A DNA stretch of 64,000 nucleotides. Origin: the human T2T-CHM13v2.0 reference genome, Homo sapiens. The stretch lies in the NCBI RefSeq assembly GCF_009914755.1, contig NC_060928.1; one strand, 5' to 3'. A program made the position numbers and the translations under genes. The notes below the pieces were generated by a model. The model searched no databases. It was not told where the DNA came from and saw only the letters and a list, made by a program, of their open reading frames with translations. This document shows, piece after piece, positions 1 through 13,908 of this stretch (position 1 is its first letter; the number at the start of each line of letters is the position of its first letter).

Positions 1-568
1 ACCAAATACCAAATTATTTTTAGGGCCTGGCCATTCTTATTTATGTACATACTATTTGTTTGTTTTGAGTGGAACCTTGAGAAGAATAGAACAATTAATT
101 TGGGGAAGATGAATTATCTTGAGGTCCAAGAAAAATTGTGAGTAAACATCACAGGGCTTTGAGGATATGAGATAGGATGTGCAAGTTATCTCATAAAGAA
201 ACTGCTGGTGATAGGAAGGCCTGAATATGAGAAATATAAAAGCCAGTATTGATTTTGGGTTGTTGAAGAAGCGTATTTGTAACGTACTGGTACTAAAGGC
301 TTATTGAGAATCAAAGATATTGAAAAAAATATATCAAAGGAATCTTTTCACTGTCAAAAGTCAAGCTTGTGTACTCCCATTATAGCCTGGAGAGAAATTC
401 ATGCAAATTGATTGCCCTTTGGCTGGTTTGGATAATTAAGAGTTTACTAAATAAATATTTTAATTTGTCTGCATTATTATGGCTAGTGCTTTCATCAGTC
501 TTAGGGTGATGTTGGGAATAAAGGATTTTTATCGGTGCAGTTTATGAAGGGTTTCTTTTGTCTTTCAG

Positions 569-772
569 ATGGATGATAAGACAGTTTTTCATGAGGAGTT
601 CATTCATTACCTTAAATATGTTATGGTGGTCTATAAACGTGAACCAGCTGTGGAGAGGGTAATAGAATTTGCAGCAAAGTTTGTTACCTCATTTCACCAA
701 TCAGATATGGAAGATGATGAGGAAGAGGAAGATGGTGGCCTTTTAAATTATTTGTTTACTTTTCTCTTAAAG
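569..772 (+). CDS. NCAPG: NCAPG (condensin I subunit CAP-G) exon 2
   Basis: tttcag|ATGGAT ... AAG|gtacta; encodes MDDKTVFHEEF...FTFLLK, recognised as human CAP-G; 204 nt. Confidence 0.97.
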
Positions 773-1264
773 GTACTATGAAAATGATAGCTTTGGGGAG
801 GGATTTTAGAAAATTTTGCCACTTTAAAAGAGTCGTGGGAGTTTGTATGTTTTTGACAATGAAATATCTAGTGATTGAAAAAACCTGAATGAGTCTACCT
901 TTCATAGGAAATATTAGAATTATCATTATGATTAAAAAGTGGACTTTAACTCCAGCATTAAATTTTTAATGACCTCTTTAAACCAGTTCTCCTTTGTTTA
1001 TTTTAAATGAGTTCTGTATTTTAGAAGCCTCTACAAAGAGGACTATGTAACTTAGCAAAGACTTCTTTCAGACTGTTCATTTTGAGACTGTATAAAATAT
1101 ATATATTTGCTATACATATGGACCAAGGTAGCATTATAGGTTCTCTTCAGGAAATGAATTGTTGTTGTAACTTCTTGCATTCCGAATGTATAGAGTTCAG
1201 ATAATATTGATTATTTGGGAGTGGTATGTGACTATGAATAAATTTTGATTTGTTTCTGTTTTAG

Positions 1265-1493
1265 TCTCATGAAGCAAACAGCAATGCAGTGAGATTTAGA
1301 GTGTGCCTGCTCATAAACAAGCTTTTGGGAAGTATGCCAGAAAATGCTCAGATTGATGATGATGTGTTTGATAAAATTAATAAAGCCATGCTTATTAGAT
1401 TGAAAGATAAGATTCCAAATGTGAGAATACAGGCAGTTCTGGCGCTTTCACGACTTCAGGATCCCAAGGATGATGAATGCCCAGTGGTTAATG
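1265..1493 (+). CDS. NCAPG: NCAPG exon 3
   Basis: ttag|TCTCAT ... AATG|gtgtgt; SHEANSNAVRFRVCLL...ECPVVN (HEAT-repeat region). Confidence 0.96.
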
Positions 1494-2669
1494 GTGTGTG
1501 TAGTTTCCTAAATCTTTTTTCAGATTTGTTGATTTTGTTAAATTCTCAGTATTTGAAATTTTTTATTATGGTCTATACATTTGAAGAGTATAGGTAATTA
1601 ATATATGATTCCGATTAAACAAAAAAAACCTAAGTAGCAACCACCCAGCTTAAAAAAAAAAGTCAGTACTTGCATCCTATCCCAGTTGCATCCCTGTCCC
1701 TCAGAAGTAACTATTAAATCCTCAGTTTGGGGTTAATTAGTCTCTTGCTTAAATTAAAAAAAATTTTTTTGCATAAATCACATATGTCTATCTTAATGTT
1801 TTCCTGTCATTTTGTGTAAATCATGCTGTATGTATATATTTAGCAGCCAATTATATTTCTATATAATACCTGTTACTGTGTTTTGCCCATTTTTTCATTG
1901 GGTTTTTAATTTAAAATACTATTTTAAAAAATTCATTTGCATTCTTTATATATTTTGAAAAGAAATCCTTGGGTTATATGAATTGTAGATCTCTTCCTGT
2001 TTTAGGTGGCTCATTGGGGTATCATTGTTTCACTCCCTTTGGGGTATCTTTTTTTTGAACAGAAATTCTTATGTCAAAAATATAAATCTCTGCCATTATG
2101 ATTCGTATTTTTTAATCTCTTTTTTAAGGAACTTTTTCTTACCTATGGGGTCATAAAGGTAGTTGTATTTCATTTTTCCATATATGCCTAGGTATGTTTT
2201 AGGCACTCTTCTGTCCTTTTTGTCCCTATTACCAGTTTTATAATCACTGGTATATTTATCACTATAGTAGTTGGTATTTTTTTTGGTGTTAAAAGATACC
2301 CATAATAATATTGTGTAAAACATAGGTATTTGATAGTCAACCTGTACTTAATAATTGAGGTAGGAAAGATGTGAGAAGTACAGATAAATATATTTAAATA
2401 TAAGAAATGGGTTTGTTTCAATGAATAAAACCAAAAAATATTTCCTTTTAGGTCTCATTAAAAACCAAAATAATGGGCCCTTATAAAGCCATATCAGTTT
2501 AAAATAAACTGTCTGCTATAGTAAGCTTTCTCTTAAATATTGAGGAGTAGCACAGACATAATCTTAATGATGAATTTTCTGTGACTTTTAGGGCTATTTG
2601 TTTTCACTTTTGGCCTAAGAGCCAGTCCGTTGACTAATTCCCCCTTGTGTCTTTAGAAGGGAAGTTGGT

Positions 2670-2761
2670 GGCCTGCGCAGCAGTGACTCAGGCCTGTAAT
2701 CTCAGCACTTTGGCTCCAACCTGGGCAACATAGTGAGACCTTGTCTCCAAAAAAAAGAAAA
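2670..2761 (+). mobile_element. Internally deleted mini-Alu with target-site duplication
   Basis: Alu 5' end joined to Alu 3' end plus A-tail; flanks agaagggaagttggt / agaaggaagttggt. Confidence 0.8.
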
Positions 2762-2832
2762 AGAAGGAAGTTGGTGGGAAAAAAACTTCAACTAAAATAT
2801 GTGAGACTAAAAAAATGACATTACTTTCTATT

Positions 2833-3091
2833 ACAGATGGGTTCTCACTCGGGCTGGATTGCAGAGGTGTGGCCTCAAACTCCTGGGCTTAAGTGATCCT
2901 TCCACCTCAGCCTCCTAAGTAACTGGAAGCGCCACTACCATGCCTAGCTAATTTTTTATTTTAAAATTATTTTGTAGAGACAGGGGTCTTTCTATATTGC
3001 TCAGGCTGGTCTTGAACTCTTGGCTTCAAGCTCTCCACCTACCTTGGCCTCCCAAAGTGCTGGTTATAGGCAGTAGCCATCATGCCCAGCC
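2833..3091 (-). mobile_element. AluJ-like, degenerate
   Basis: Antisense Alu motifs (ctcctgggcttaagtgatcc, ggcctcccaaagtgctgg). Confidence 0.85.
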
Positions 3092-3200
3092 TATCTTTAT
3101 CACATTAAAGGCATTTTAAAATATCAAAATGTGTGTTATTTTATGACTGTAGTTAAATAAATAATTTCATCAGTACTAAAATGTATTGCTTTATTTTTAG

Positions 3201-3346
3201 CATATGCTACTTTGATTGAAAATGATTCAAATCCAGAAGTTAGACGGGCAGTGTTATCATGTATTGCACCATCAGCAAAGACTTTGCCAAAAATTGTAGG
3301 GCGCACCAAGGATGTGAAAGAGGCTGTCAGAAAGCTGGCTTATCAG
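3201..3346 (+). CDS. NCAPG: NCAPG exon 4
   Basis: tttag|CATATG ... CAG|gtaaat; AYATLIENDSNPEVRR...KLAYQ. Confidence 0.97.
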
Positions 3347-3621
3347 GTAAATAAGTTCAATGTCTTGTGTTGGCATATTCTTAAAGGACAAGGAGCCATT
3401 TTCTTAAAGTGCCTTTGAAAAATACTTGGCATGTAATAATTTCTTCAGTTGAGGTTTTATGGAGAACACAGGTAATTTAGGTAGAATCTTACTGTATTAA
3501 GTATGTTACCAGGTATTAATTTCTTTTGGAGATTCTGGGTAATTTTCTAAGATGGTGATATTCTTATGAAATCTATAAATTGTGTTGAGGTTAATGACCA
3601 TCTTTATAAATTATTTTTAAG

Positions 3622-3706
3622 GTTTTAGCTGAAAAGGTTCATATGAGAGCTATGTCCATTGCTCAGAGAGTAATGCTCCTTCAACAAGGTCTTAATGACA
3701 GATCAG
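3622..3706 (+). CDS. NCAPG: NCAPG exon 5
   Basis: ttttaag|GTTTTA ... TCAG|gtaaga; VLAEKVHMRAMSIAQRVMLLQQGLNDRS; too short for the ORF track. Confidence 0.95.
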
Positions 3707-3874
3707 GTAAGATAAACAACTTTATATATACAAAACTTTAGTAGATTTTGAGGTCAGACTTAACAAGGTTTAAGAAACGAGTGTCAAATCAGGTCAAGTA
3801 AGCCTGCCAGTCCCATGAACCTGGTGAAATTTATCTTGATGTATTATATAGAAAACACAGGGCTAAAGATTTTG

Positions 3875-4171
3875 ATATATATATATTTTTGAGACAGAGT
3901 CTCACTCTATCACCCAGACTGGAGTGCTGTGGTGCAATCTTGGCTCACTGCAACCTCTGCCTTCTAGTTTCAAGCGATTCTCCTGCCTCAGCCTCCTGAG
4001 CAGCTGGGATTACAGGTGAACATCACCATGTCTGGTTAATTTTTATATTTTTATAGAGACGGGGTTTCACCATGTTGGCCAGACTGGTCTCGAACTCCTG
4101 ACCTCAAGTGATGCACCTACTTCAGCCTCCCAAAGTGTTGGGATTACAGGTGTGAGCCACCGCGTCTGGCC
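3875..4171 (-). mobile_element. AluS
   Basis: Full antisense Alu dimer with (AT)n/T tail. Confidence 0.92.
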
Positions 4172-4434
4172 AAGATCTTGGTATTTTGAAGGAGCAGAGC
4201 TTATTTCTTTCACCCTTTCTGTATTTTACAGATGGAGAAACAATACTTAAGTCTGTAGAGCTAATTCATGTCAGAAGTAGGAAAAGATCTATTTGCCCTC
4301 TCTCTCTGACTTAAAAAAAAAATGCTGTTCCTTATGTGTATACTTTGGTATGAATGTGTTCTGTGTATCAGAAACAACAAATAGGAATGGTCAGACCAGT
4401 ATAATTTTCTTATTTTTTTTTTTTTCTGTTAGAG

Positions 4435-4772
4435 TAGAGTTCCCCAACATTTTTGACACCAAGGATCGATTTCATGGAAGACAGTTTTTCCACAGAGGGC
4501 GGGCTGGATGGTTTCCAGATGAAACTGTTCCACCTCAGATCATCAGGCATTACTTAGATTCTCATAAGGAGCGTGCAACCTGGATACCTCATGTGCGCAG
4601 TTCACAATAGAGTTCCTGCGCCTGAGAGAATCTAATGCATCTGCTGATCTGACAGTAGGAAGAGCTCAGGTGGTAATGCTCGTTAGACCACGGCTTACCT
4701 CCTCCTGTGCGGCCCGGTTCCTAACAGGCCACAGACTGGTACTAGTCCGTGGCCCAGGGGTTGGGGAGCCTG
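4435..4772 (+). mobile_element. MER1B-like hAT-Charlie MITE
   Basis: Terminal inverted repeats gttccccaac / gttggggagc; internal gaaactgttccacctcagatcatcaggcatta typical of MER1B. Confidence 0.8.
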
Positions 4773-5200
4773 AGAGAATCTGCTTATAGGAATGATATTT
4801 TTTGAAGTTTTTAACTCTCATGAGAAGGCCAAGATGGCTCTATTGCGCTGTAGTGAGAAAACCGACTTGCGTTTGAAAACATTGTCAGAGGACTAATTAG
4901 TAGGATGACCTTAAAAGCTAAGACTAAGGTTTGTTCAGTGACGTGTGCTTGTATAGTTCACTACTGCAAATAGCAATCGTGTAATAGATAAAATCAGATA
5001 ACAAGTGAGATAATAGCTATTACATATTCTGGGCTAACACCTGAAGCCCATTGAACCCAGGGGAGAAGGAATGTAAAGATATTTTTGTAGGCTGTGGTAT
5101 TTGGTGCTGAACCTTTTCCATTTTTATTTGTAAGTGACCATTACAGTGACTTTTGCAGTATCATGGTACTTCTTTTTTTTTACCTTTAATATGCTTAGTT

Positions 5201-5480
<280 letters not shown>

Positions 5481-5608
5481 TTAGTTGTGCCTCTTAACCT
5501 CTACTATTTCTATTGTAAATACTGACTTTGTTAATTAAAACAGACAAAATACAAGAGATGGAAGCTAGAGGGAGCCTTTGTTCACCTATGTTTCAAATGA
5601 CTCAATAG

Positions 5609-5801
5609 ACGCTGTGAAACAAGCTATGCAGAAGCATCTTCTTCAAGGCTGGTTACGGTTCTCTGAAGGAAATATCTTAGAGTTGCTCCATCGGTTGGAT
5701 GTAGAAAATTCTTCTGAAGTGGCAGTCTCTGTTCTCAATGCCTTGTTTTCAATAACTCCTCTCAGTGAACTGGTGGGACTCTGTAAAAACAATGATGGCA
5801 G
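5609..5801 (+). CDS. NCAPG: NCAPG exon 6
   Basis: aatag|ACGCTG ... GCAG|gtacat; DAVKQAMQKHLL...CKNNDGR. Confidence 0.96.
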
Positions 5802-6286
5802 GTACATAAAGGATTCATTCTTTGAAATGTAGTACTGATTAACTTGTGCAATTAATTTGTTTTTTTTCCTCCCCATAGCTTAAGATTATATTAATACCTT
5901 TAATCTTAACTCTCTTTTGTTTTCTTTTAGTCTGATGAATATCCTTTTATCCTTCCTTTTTCCCCTCCTGGTGTAAGAACTCATAACTTTATCATAGACT
6001 ATCTACTTTAGCTATGCTTTTCCCCCCTTCAGTTTCTTACTTTGATTTTTGAATTAGCCTACCATGAGAAAATCCAGCAACATGCACCCCTAGTATATGT
6101 TTGCTTATTTGGTTCTTTTTTGTTCTAAGTTTCTTCATTCCTTTTTGTGTGGATACATTAATGACTCTAATTAAAAGGATAGTGTAGTGGTTTTAAAGCA
6201 AATCTTATTATTCTCATTTTTGTACTCTTCAATTCTTAATGATAAAAAGATCATGCTTTCTCTCACACTCTTTCTTTTAAATGAAG

Positions 6287-6436
6287 GAAATTGATTCCAG
6301 TGGAAACATTAACTCCTGAAATTGCTTTGTATTGGTGTGCCCTTTGTGAATATTTGAAATCAAAAGGAGATGAAGGTGAAGAATTTTTAGAGCAGATTTT
6401 GCCAGAGCCTGTAGTATATGCAGACTATTTATTGAG
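6287..6436 (+). CDS. NCAPG: NCAPG exon 7
   Basis: gaag|GAAATT ... TGAG|gtaaat; KLIPVETLTPEIALYWCALCEY...YADYLL. Confidence 0.95.
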
Positions 6437-6717
6437 GTAAATTTTTTTTCTTTTAGTTTGGAGAGTGATTGTGTTGCTGCATGTGTCAATCTCCCAGTCC
6501 CCTTCCTCAAAGTCATGTTTGATTGTGAATATGTTAAAAATCCTTTTTTTGTACATGTAGGGATAGTTATATACATCGAGTCTTTTTGAATATCTTGTGC
6601 TGGTCTGTATACTGAAAGAGCAAGTCACTATGTTTAGGATCATTTCTTCAAAACTGTTAAGATATGATTATGACCATTTCTGCATAAAGTTGATGATGAT
6701 GATATATTATTTCTGAA

Positions 6718-7032
6718 ATTGGTTGGCACATTTTCTGTTAAGTGTCAGATAATAAATATCTTAGGGTCCTGTGGGCCATACCGTCTGTCACAATGACTCA
6801 ACTCTGCCATGGTATTGTAAAAGCAGCCAAAGACAATGTAAGTAACTGTTTTTCAATAAAACTTTTATTGACTTTTATGGCCACTAAATAGTTGAACTTT
6901 AATATTCATGTGTTAACAAAATAAGAAATTTTAAAAAATGATCAGTTAAAAATTTAAAATAGTCTTAGCTTGCAAGCTATATAACAGGTAATAGGCTGGA
7001 TTTGATGCACGGAACATTGTTTTCCAATTCAC
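6718..7032 (+). mobile_element. MER58-like hAT MITE
   Basis: ggttggcacattttctg ... actcaactctgccat ... caataaaactttt. Confidence 0.65.
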
Positions 7033-7729
7033 AGCGTGGATCTTTGTGGCCAGTTTTATTTATTAAAAACTTACTATCTAGCTTCATGTTTTAAAGTTTT
7101 TTCAAAATATGCCTTTTTAAAAAACAATTTGGATTACCATAATTATACCTCTTAAGAAATTATTTGGATTACTTTATTTCACTTTAAAATTATACAAGAA
7201 AAACATGAATGCATTCTTGTCAAAATTCAAATACAGAGGTATAAGGAATAAAAATGTGGAATTCCCTCTTTTATTTCCTACTTCCTCAATCCCATTGATT
7301 AGCAACTAAGTGTATATTCTAGCAACCCTTAGAATTAGCAACTAAACAATATAGGGTGTATATTCAAACCTCTTTCTCTGCATTTATATACATTTTTTGA
7401 GTACAGGTTTCTTTAAAAATATAACACTGTGTATATACTTTTTTTTTCAACTGATAACTGAGATCATTATATATTGGTGCATATATAATGTAATAGATAC
7501 TGTTACAGTCTTAACAGCATATCATTCCGTAGTATGGTGGTAACATTTAATTTATTCCTCTGTTGATGGACATTTAGGATGTTTCCATTTTTCACTGATA
7601 AAAGCAAAAGTATGTTAAATTTCCTTTACATTTTTGGGTACCTTTGGGATTTTTGGGGGTTAATTCCAAGAAATAAGTTGCTACACCAAAGGATAATATA
7701 TGTATATTTTGATAGATATTGGTATGTAG

Positions 7730-8153
<424 letters not shown>

Positions 8154-8667
8154 TTAGGCAGCAAAGCTGTGCATGCCTCTAAATTTCCCCTCAAAAATCC
8201 TAAATCTAGGATAAGTATCTCAAATGTGAGCCAGTAGGGAAACTATAGCTCAAGCCCATGTTAACATCATGAAGAACCTGTGTGAATCTAATGAGCATTT
8301 TAATGTTAATTATTTCAGACTTTGACATTTAAGTAGGGAATTCATTATAATGCTGTTTGGGCCATGTTGAAATGTTTCCAAAAGGAATGAGTTTGTGGCA
8401 AAGTTTAATAATATATATAAATATAAAAGATGTTTATAGAAGGTAGTGAAAATATAAGAAAATATGAGGAAATGTTAAATATTTAAATGGCATAAAGGGG
8501 GAGGAGTTTTCCTCAAGGACAGCATCAGAAGGTGACTTGTAAAAAGCTTGATTCCTCCCTTCTGAAAGGTCAGGGATTAACATTTCCTTTGTCACTCTCT
8601 TAGTTTTGAAATAAGTAACTTTAACCTCTTCGACTTATTTTCTTCACCTTTAAAGAGGAAAATTTTC

Positions 8668-8987
<320 letters not shown>

Positions 8988-9805
8988 TTAGTGATTGTTG
9001 AAAGAATACCTAAAAAATAGAATGAGTGTCTTTTTGGAGGAACATGACTAGATGGGATTAGTATACTTGAGTACAGAAACAAAATTAAATTGAAAAATTG
9101 TTTCCTGATAATCTCAGGAATATGTTTTCAGGCATACTGTATATTTTAGGCAGTAGATTCAATGACTAAGAACTCTGATGTGAAACAATTTTGGTTAACC
9201 AAGGTGCTCACTTAAAGAGCAAACGAGGAAATGAGGATTATCAAATTAGAGTAAGTAAAAGGGACAACAATAAAATTTGTTGAAAGCCATCTTAAATATA
9301 AATTCTTAGACTTTAAAATACTTTCTTGAGTGGTCTCTTCATTATAATAAATGTCTTTATAAATGGTTAGGATTTCATGGTAACTAAAATTGGTGGGTCA
9401 GTTTTAAGTTGTATTTATGCAGTTGAGGATTTTTAATCTATTAATTAAACAACTGTTTGAATTTACTTAAAAAAAAAAACTCAGTCAAGATGCTGTGCAT
9501 TTTGCTAAAGCTGGGCTGGAGAAGTGGGGAGAGATACAAAGATGAGTATAAATGAAGGTTTTCTTTTAGCCTGTCAGAAAAGAGTAACTCTACTGATTGG
9601 TTGATTTTGATAGTTATCGGTAGTGTAGTTTTCCTTAGTTTCCTACTAGAACCCAAAGGGTGGCTGATGTCTTAAAAGTCCTAATCTTGTGGCCAGAAAT
9701 TTATGAGCTTTTATTTACTCTTGGTCATCACTTTGTAATACATGAGAGTATACTCATTATACATTATACCACAATTTCTGTAACTTGGTTTTTGTCACCC
9801 CCGCC

Positions 9806-10110
9806 TTTTTTTTTTTTTTTTTTTTTAAGAGACGTAGTCTTGCTTTGTTGCCCAGGCTGGAGTGCAGTAGCGTGATCTTGGCTTACTGCAGCCTCTGCCT
9901 CCCAGGTTCAAGCAATTCTCCTGCCTCAGCCTCCTGAGTAGCTGGGATTATAGGTGCCTGCCACCACATTTGGCTGGTTTTTATATTTTTAGTAGAGATG
10001 GGGTTTTACCATGTTGGTTAGGCTCTTCTTGAACTCCTGATGTCAAGTGATCCTCCCGCCTCAACCCCCCGAAGTGGTTGGGATTACAGGTGTGAGCCAC
10101 TGTGCCCGGC
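9806..10110 (-). mobile_element. AluS
   Basis: Full antisense Alu. Confidence 0.92.
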
Positions 10111-10534
10111 GACATTTTTGACATTTTTTAAATGACATTTTTGATCAGGATTGTTTTTCATGTTACTTCCATCTTAAAGGCACTTCGCTGTCTAAGCTTC
10201 AATTCTTAGTTCTGCTTTTAAGTAGCTTTTTTTATTCCACACAAAAAGCAGAGGCTACTGAATATACAGCCTTCTTGGTGAGGATTATAAAGGGCTTTAG
10301 TTTGGGTGGTGATGTCTGTAGTAAGAATAAAAAGTTAAAATAAAAGGTAGCTGATGGTGGTGGTGTATACAGAGATTAGTAGGGTTTCTAAGAAAGAATA
10401 ATAAAAATTTGTGAAATTGTTTCTATTTTTCTGATTTTTTTCAAAAAAGATAATTGTATTCATGGATTACTTGTGTAACTATTGTTACAATTTTTAAAAA
10501 TAAAAGAATGATAATTAGGCATGATGAAGATTAA

Positions 10535-10835
<301 letters not shown>

Positions 10836-10891
10836 TGAAGATTAGATCTTTATGACTAATTGGATTTTTGGGTAAGGGATTCAGAACTTGA

Positions 10892-11012
10892 TAGATGCTT
10901 CTTGACTTAAAGTGGGGCTATGTCATAAGTCAAATGAGTTTAATTCTCAGATAAACTCATCCTAAAGTTGAAAAATTGTAAGTTGGGCCACCTGTAATTG
11001 GGGACCATCTGT
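10892..11012 (+). mobile_element. Short Tigger-family (MER47-like) MITE
   Basis: Ends tagatgcttcttgactta ... ggggaccatctgta resemble the Tigger ends at 47358-47716. Confidence 0.5.
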
Positions 11013-11329
11013 AATTGGGAGAATGCTAGTGACATTGAAATAATTAGTTATCAGTTAGACATAAATATGTACCTTTTGAAAATTTCCCATAGAAAATTTG
11101 AGTCATTATTGAAAATACATTTTCAAATTCTTTTGATTCATCAATAAGTTTGTTTGCAAAAGTTAATGACAGTGGCATAGAATTGAGTTTGTAGACCAAA
11201 TTACATGGCATAGATATGTATTTAGACGAATATGACCTGAAAATGGCCCTTTTCTGACCTAATGGTGGGAATCAACTCTTGTTTGATGTTTCTTAAAAGA
11301 TTCTACTTTATTAATTCTGCTTGTTTTAG

Positions 11330-11470
11330 TTACATCCAGAGCATTCCAGTTGTTAATGAAGAACACAGAGGTGATTTTTCCTATATTGGAAATTTGATGA
11401 CAAAAGAATTCATAGGTCAACAATTGATTCTAATTATTAAGTCTTTGGATACCAGTGAAGAAGGAGGAAG
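11330..11470 (+). CDS. NCAPG: NCAPG exon 8
   Basis: ttttag|TTACAT ... GAAG|gtatgt; SYIQSIPVVNEE...TSEEGGR. Confidence 0.96.
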
Positions 11471-11993
11471 GTATGTCTAAATGTTAACACTCATTCTAAT
11501 TTGCCCTTCTAATTTCTTATATTGAAATATAGTCCTTTTACAATATAACTAAACATATTTACCCTAGCTCTCTAAAGTGGTATAAAAAGTTTTCTTTTCC
11601 CTTCTACATATTTCCATATATACACATACATTTATATTTCTAGTTCAATTTCCTCAGAATAAATCAATGAAATTGCAGTTTTTGGTTAAAAGTTTCTGTT
11701 TAGATTTATTAAGGCTAGTAGCATTTTCTAAAAGGTTTAATCATTTCTGGTATTTTGTCATTTTATCATGTTGATTTATTAAAAATCATAGGGTGTTTTA
11801 TAAAAATTTTTTTTTGTGTGGAATAAGAATATTTGACCTAAAGTCTGTACATACAGATTTTTGTACCTATTATAGTGATAAACCTAAGTGAAAGAACTGA
11901 GGCAAATGTAATTAAGTTTGCAGAGTAGGTGAATGTTAGAGATAAAACATGTTTTGTCATAATAATATTTAAATTAGTTCTTTTTGACTGCAG

Positions 11994-12117
11994 AAAAAAA
12001 CTGCTGGCTGTTTTACAGGAGATTCTTATTTTACCCACAATCCCAATATCCCTGGTTTCTTTTCTTGTTGAAAGACTACTCCACATCATTATAGATGATA
12101 ATAAGAGAACACAAATT
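11994..12117 (+). CDS. NCAPG: NCAPG exon 9
   Basis: tgcag|AAAAAA ... AATT|gtaagt; KKLLAVLQEILIL...NKRTQI. Confidence 0.96.
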
Positions 12118-13314
12118 GTAAGTAATTTTCCTCATTGTTGATAAAGAGGTTTTGGTCAATGACATTGAATACTGTCTTATTTTCTGTTTAGAACTTTTTG
12201 TTTTGTCTGTTTTGTTTTAGGTTCGTCTCTTTAATGAGTTTTAAAATTTCTTAAAACCATTATCTATCTCTTACATACACAGAATATTTGAAAAATGTCA
12301 CCTTCTTCCTCTTAGTGTACCTGTTATTGTTGAATCAGTTTGAAATGGAGCAGGTTTGGTAGGAAGTTACAAGTGGGGATATGGTTTTGTCCATGAGGCA
12401 CTGGGTGCTAGTGTTTTTGAGAGCTTACTCAAATTGTACATACTAGGGTTTAGAATCTCATCTGACACTTTCTGGCTTTGTGGCTTTGGACAAGTTATTC
12501 TGCTGTTTTACTTGTCTGCAAATAAGAATAGCAATGAAATCTACCTTTCATTTTTCAATGAGGTATTGTTCATAAAGGTATTGTTCTGTATTGCTTGATA
12601 AATACAGAAATAATTGTTTACTATAATACTATTTCAGTGTTATTTTTTTCTGGCATAGCCAAAAAAGACAGATCTGTATCATTTATTTCATAAAAATCAC
12701 ATAATTTCAGTTGCAGGTTAATTCACAGATCATCTCTTCCATCCTCTCCTTATATATACACCCCTTCTACAACATGCTTAGTTGTTATTCAGCATCTGCT
12801 TAAATACTTTCATTTGGGAGGCAGCCTTTTCCTGATCAGCCAATTCCAATATACAAGTGGTTCTGAAAGGAAAGTCCTTCCTTATGCTATTATTATTTAT
12901 GCATTGTCTACCCAAAGGAAGAATAAAAGGATATTCCATTTTTCTGTGTTTAACTCCTACAGAGCTGAACAAGAGAAGGGTTGAGGATTTTAGGCAGAGA
13001 ATTTAAGTGTCTCATCTTAAGCACCATAATTCATATTTCTGTTTTTCAAACATTATATGAGGGATAATTTACTTTCACTGTCTGTGTGCCTATTTCCCTT
13101 CCATTCAAATAATTTCATTTTGTAGTCAGATATATTGTTTTGTTTTGTTTTTTTCTAAAATTGTCTAGCAAACAGAATGTGTGCTATTTCTACCAGTATG
13201 TTTTTGCTCCATTATTCAATATATGGTGGATACTACTTGGAGTTTTATATAGAATTTTGATACTATTTGCTGATATATCAAACATATATTAAAGCATGTA
13301 CTCTGAACTTACAG

Positions 13315-13404
13315 GTTACAGAAATTATCTCAGAGATTCGGGCGCCCATTGTTACTGTTGGTGTTAATAACGATCCAGCTGATGTAAGAAAGAAAGAACT
13401 CAAG
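13315..13404 (+). CDS. NCAPG: NCAPG exon 10
   Basis: tacag|GTTACA ... AAG|gtaagt; VTEIISEIRAPIVTVGVNNDPADVRKKELK. Confidence 0.96.
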
Positions 13405-13728
13405 GTAAGTCTCTTTTAAATGAAAGAAGTGCTTGAGTGTAATGTAGCTGGGCAAGTCTATTCTTTCCTCTTGCTGTGCAGTTCTGAAATGTTTCTCACA
13501 TAATCAAATTATTGTTTAATTGTTAAACTATAAGAATATTTAAAATGTTACCACATATGTCAGTCTCAGAGATATGCAGATCTCTGTGTCAGGAAAACTA
13601 CAAGTTTGCATATGCCTGACTCATTAAATTCTGGGCAGTTGAGATATTAAATAATACTCCTGAGTTGCTACAGATATTCATATTAACAGTTTTTGTTCAG
13701 TGTTGAAACAATTTATATCTTCCCTTAG

Positions 13729-13908
13729 ATGGCTGAAATAAAAGTTAAGCTTATCGAAGCCAAAGAAGCTTTGGAAAATTGCATTACCTTACAGGATTTT
13801 AATCGGGCATCAGAATTAAAAGAAGAAATAAAAGCATTAGAAGATGCCAGAATAAACCTTTTGAAAGAGACAGAGCAACTTGAAATTAAAGAAGTCCACA
13901 TAGAGAAG
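13729..13908 (+). CDS. NCAPG: NCAPG exon 11
   Basis: cttag|ATGGCT ... AAG|gtacag; MAEIKVKLIEAK...EVHIEK. Confidence 0.95.
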
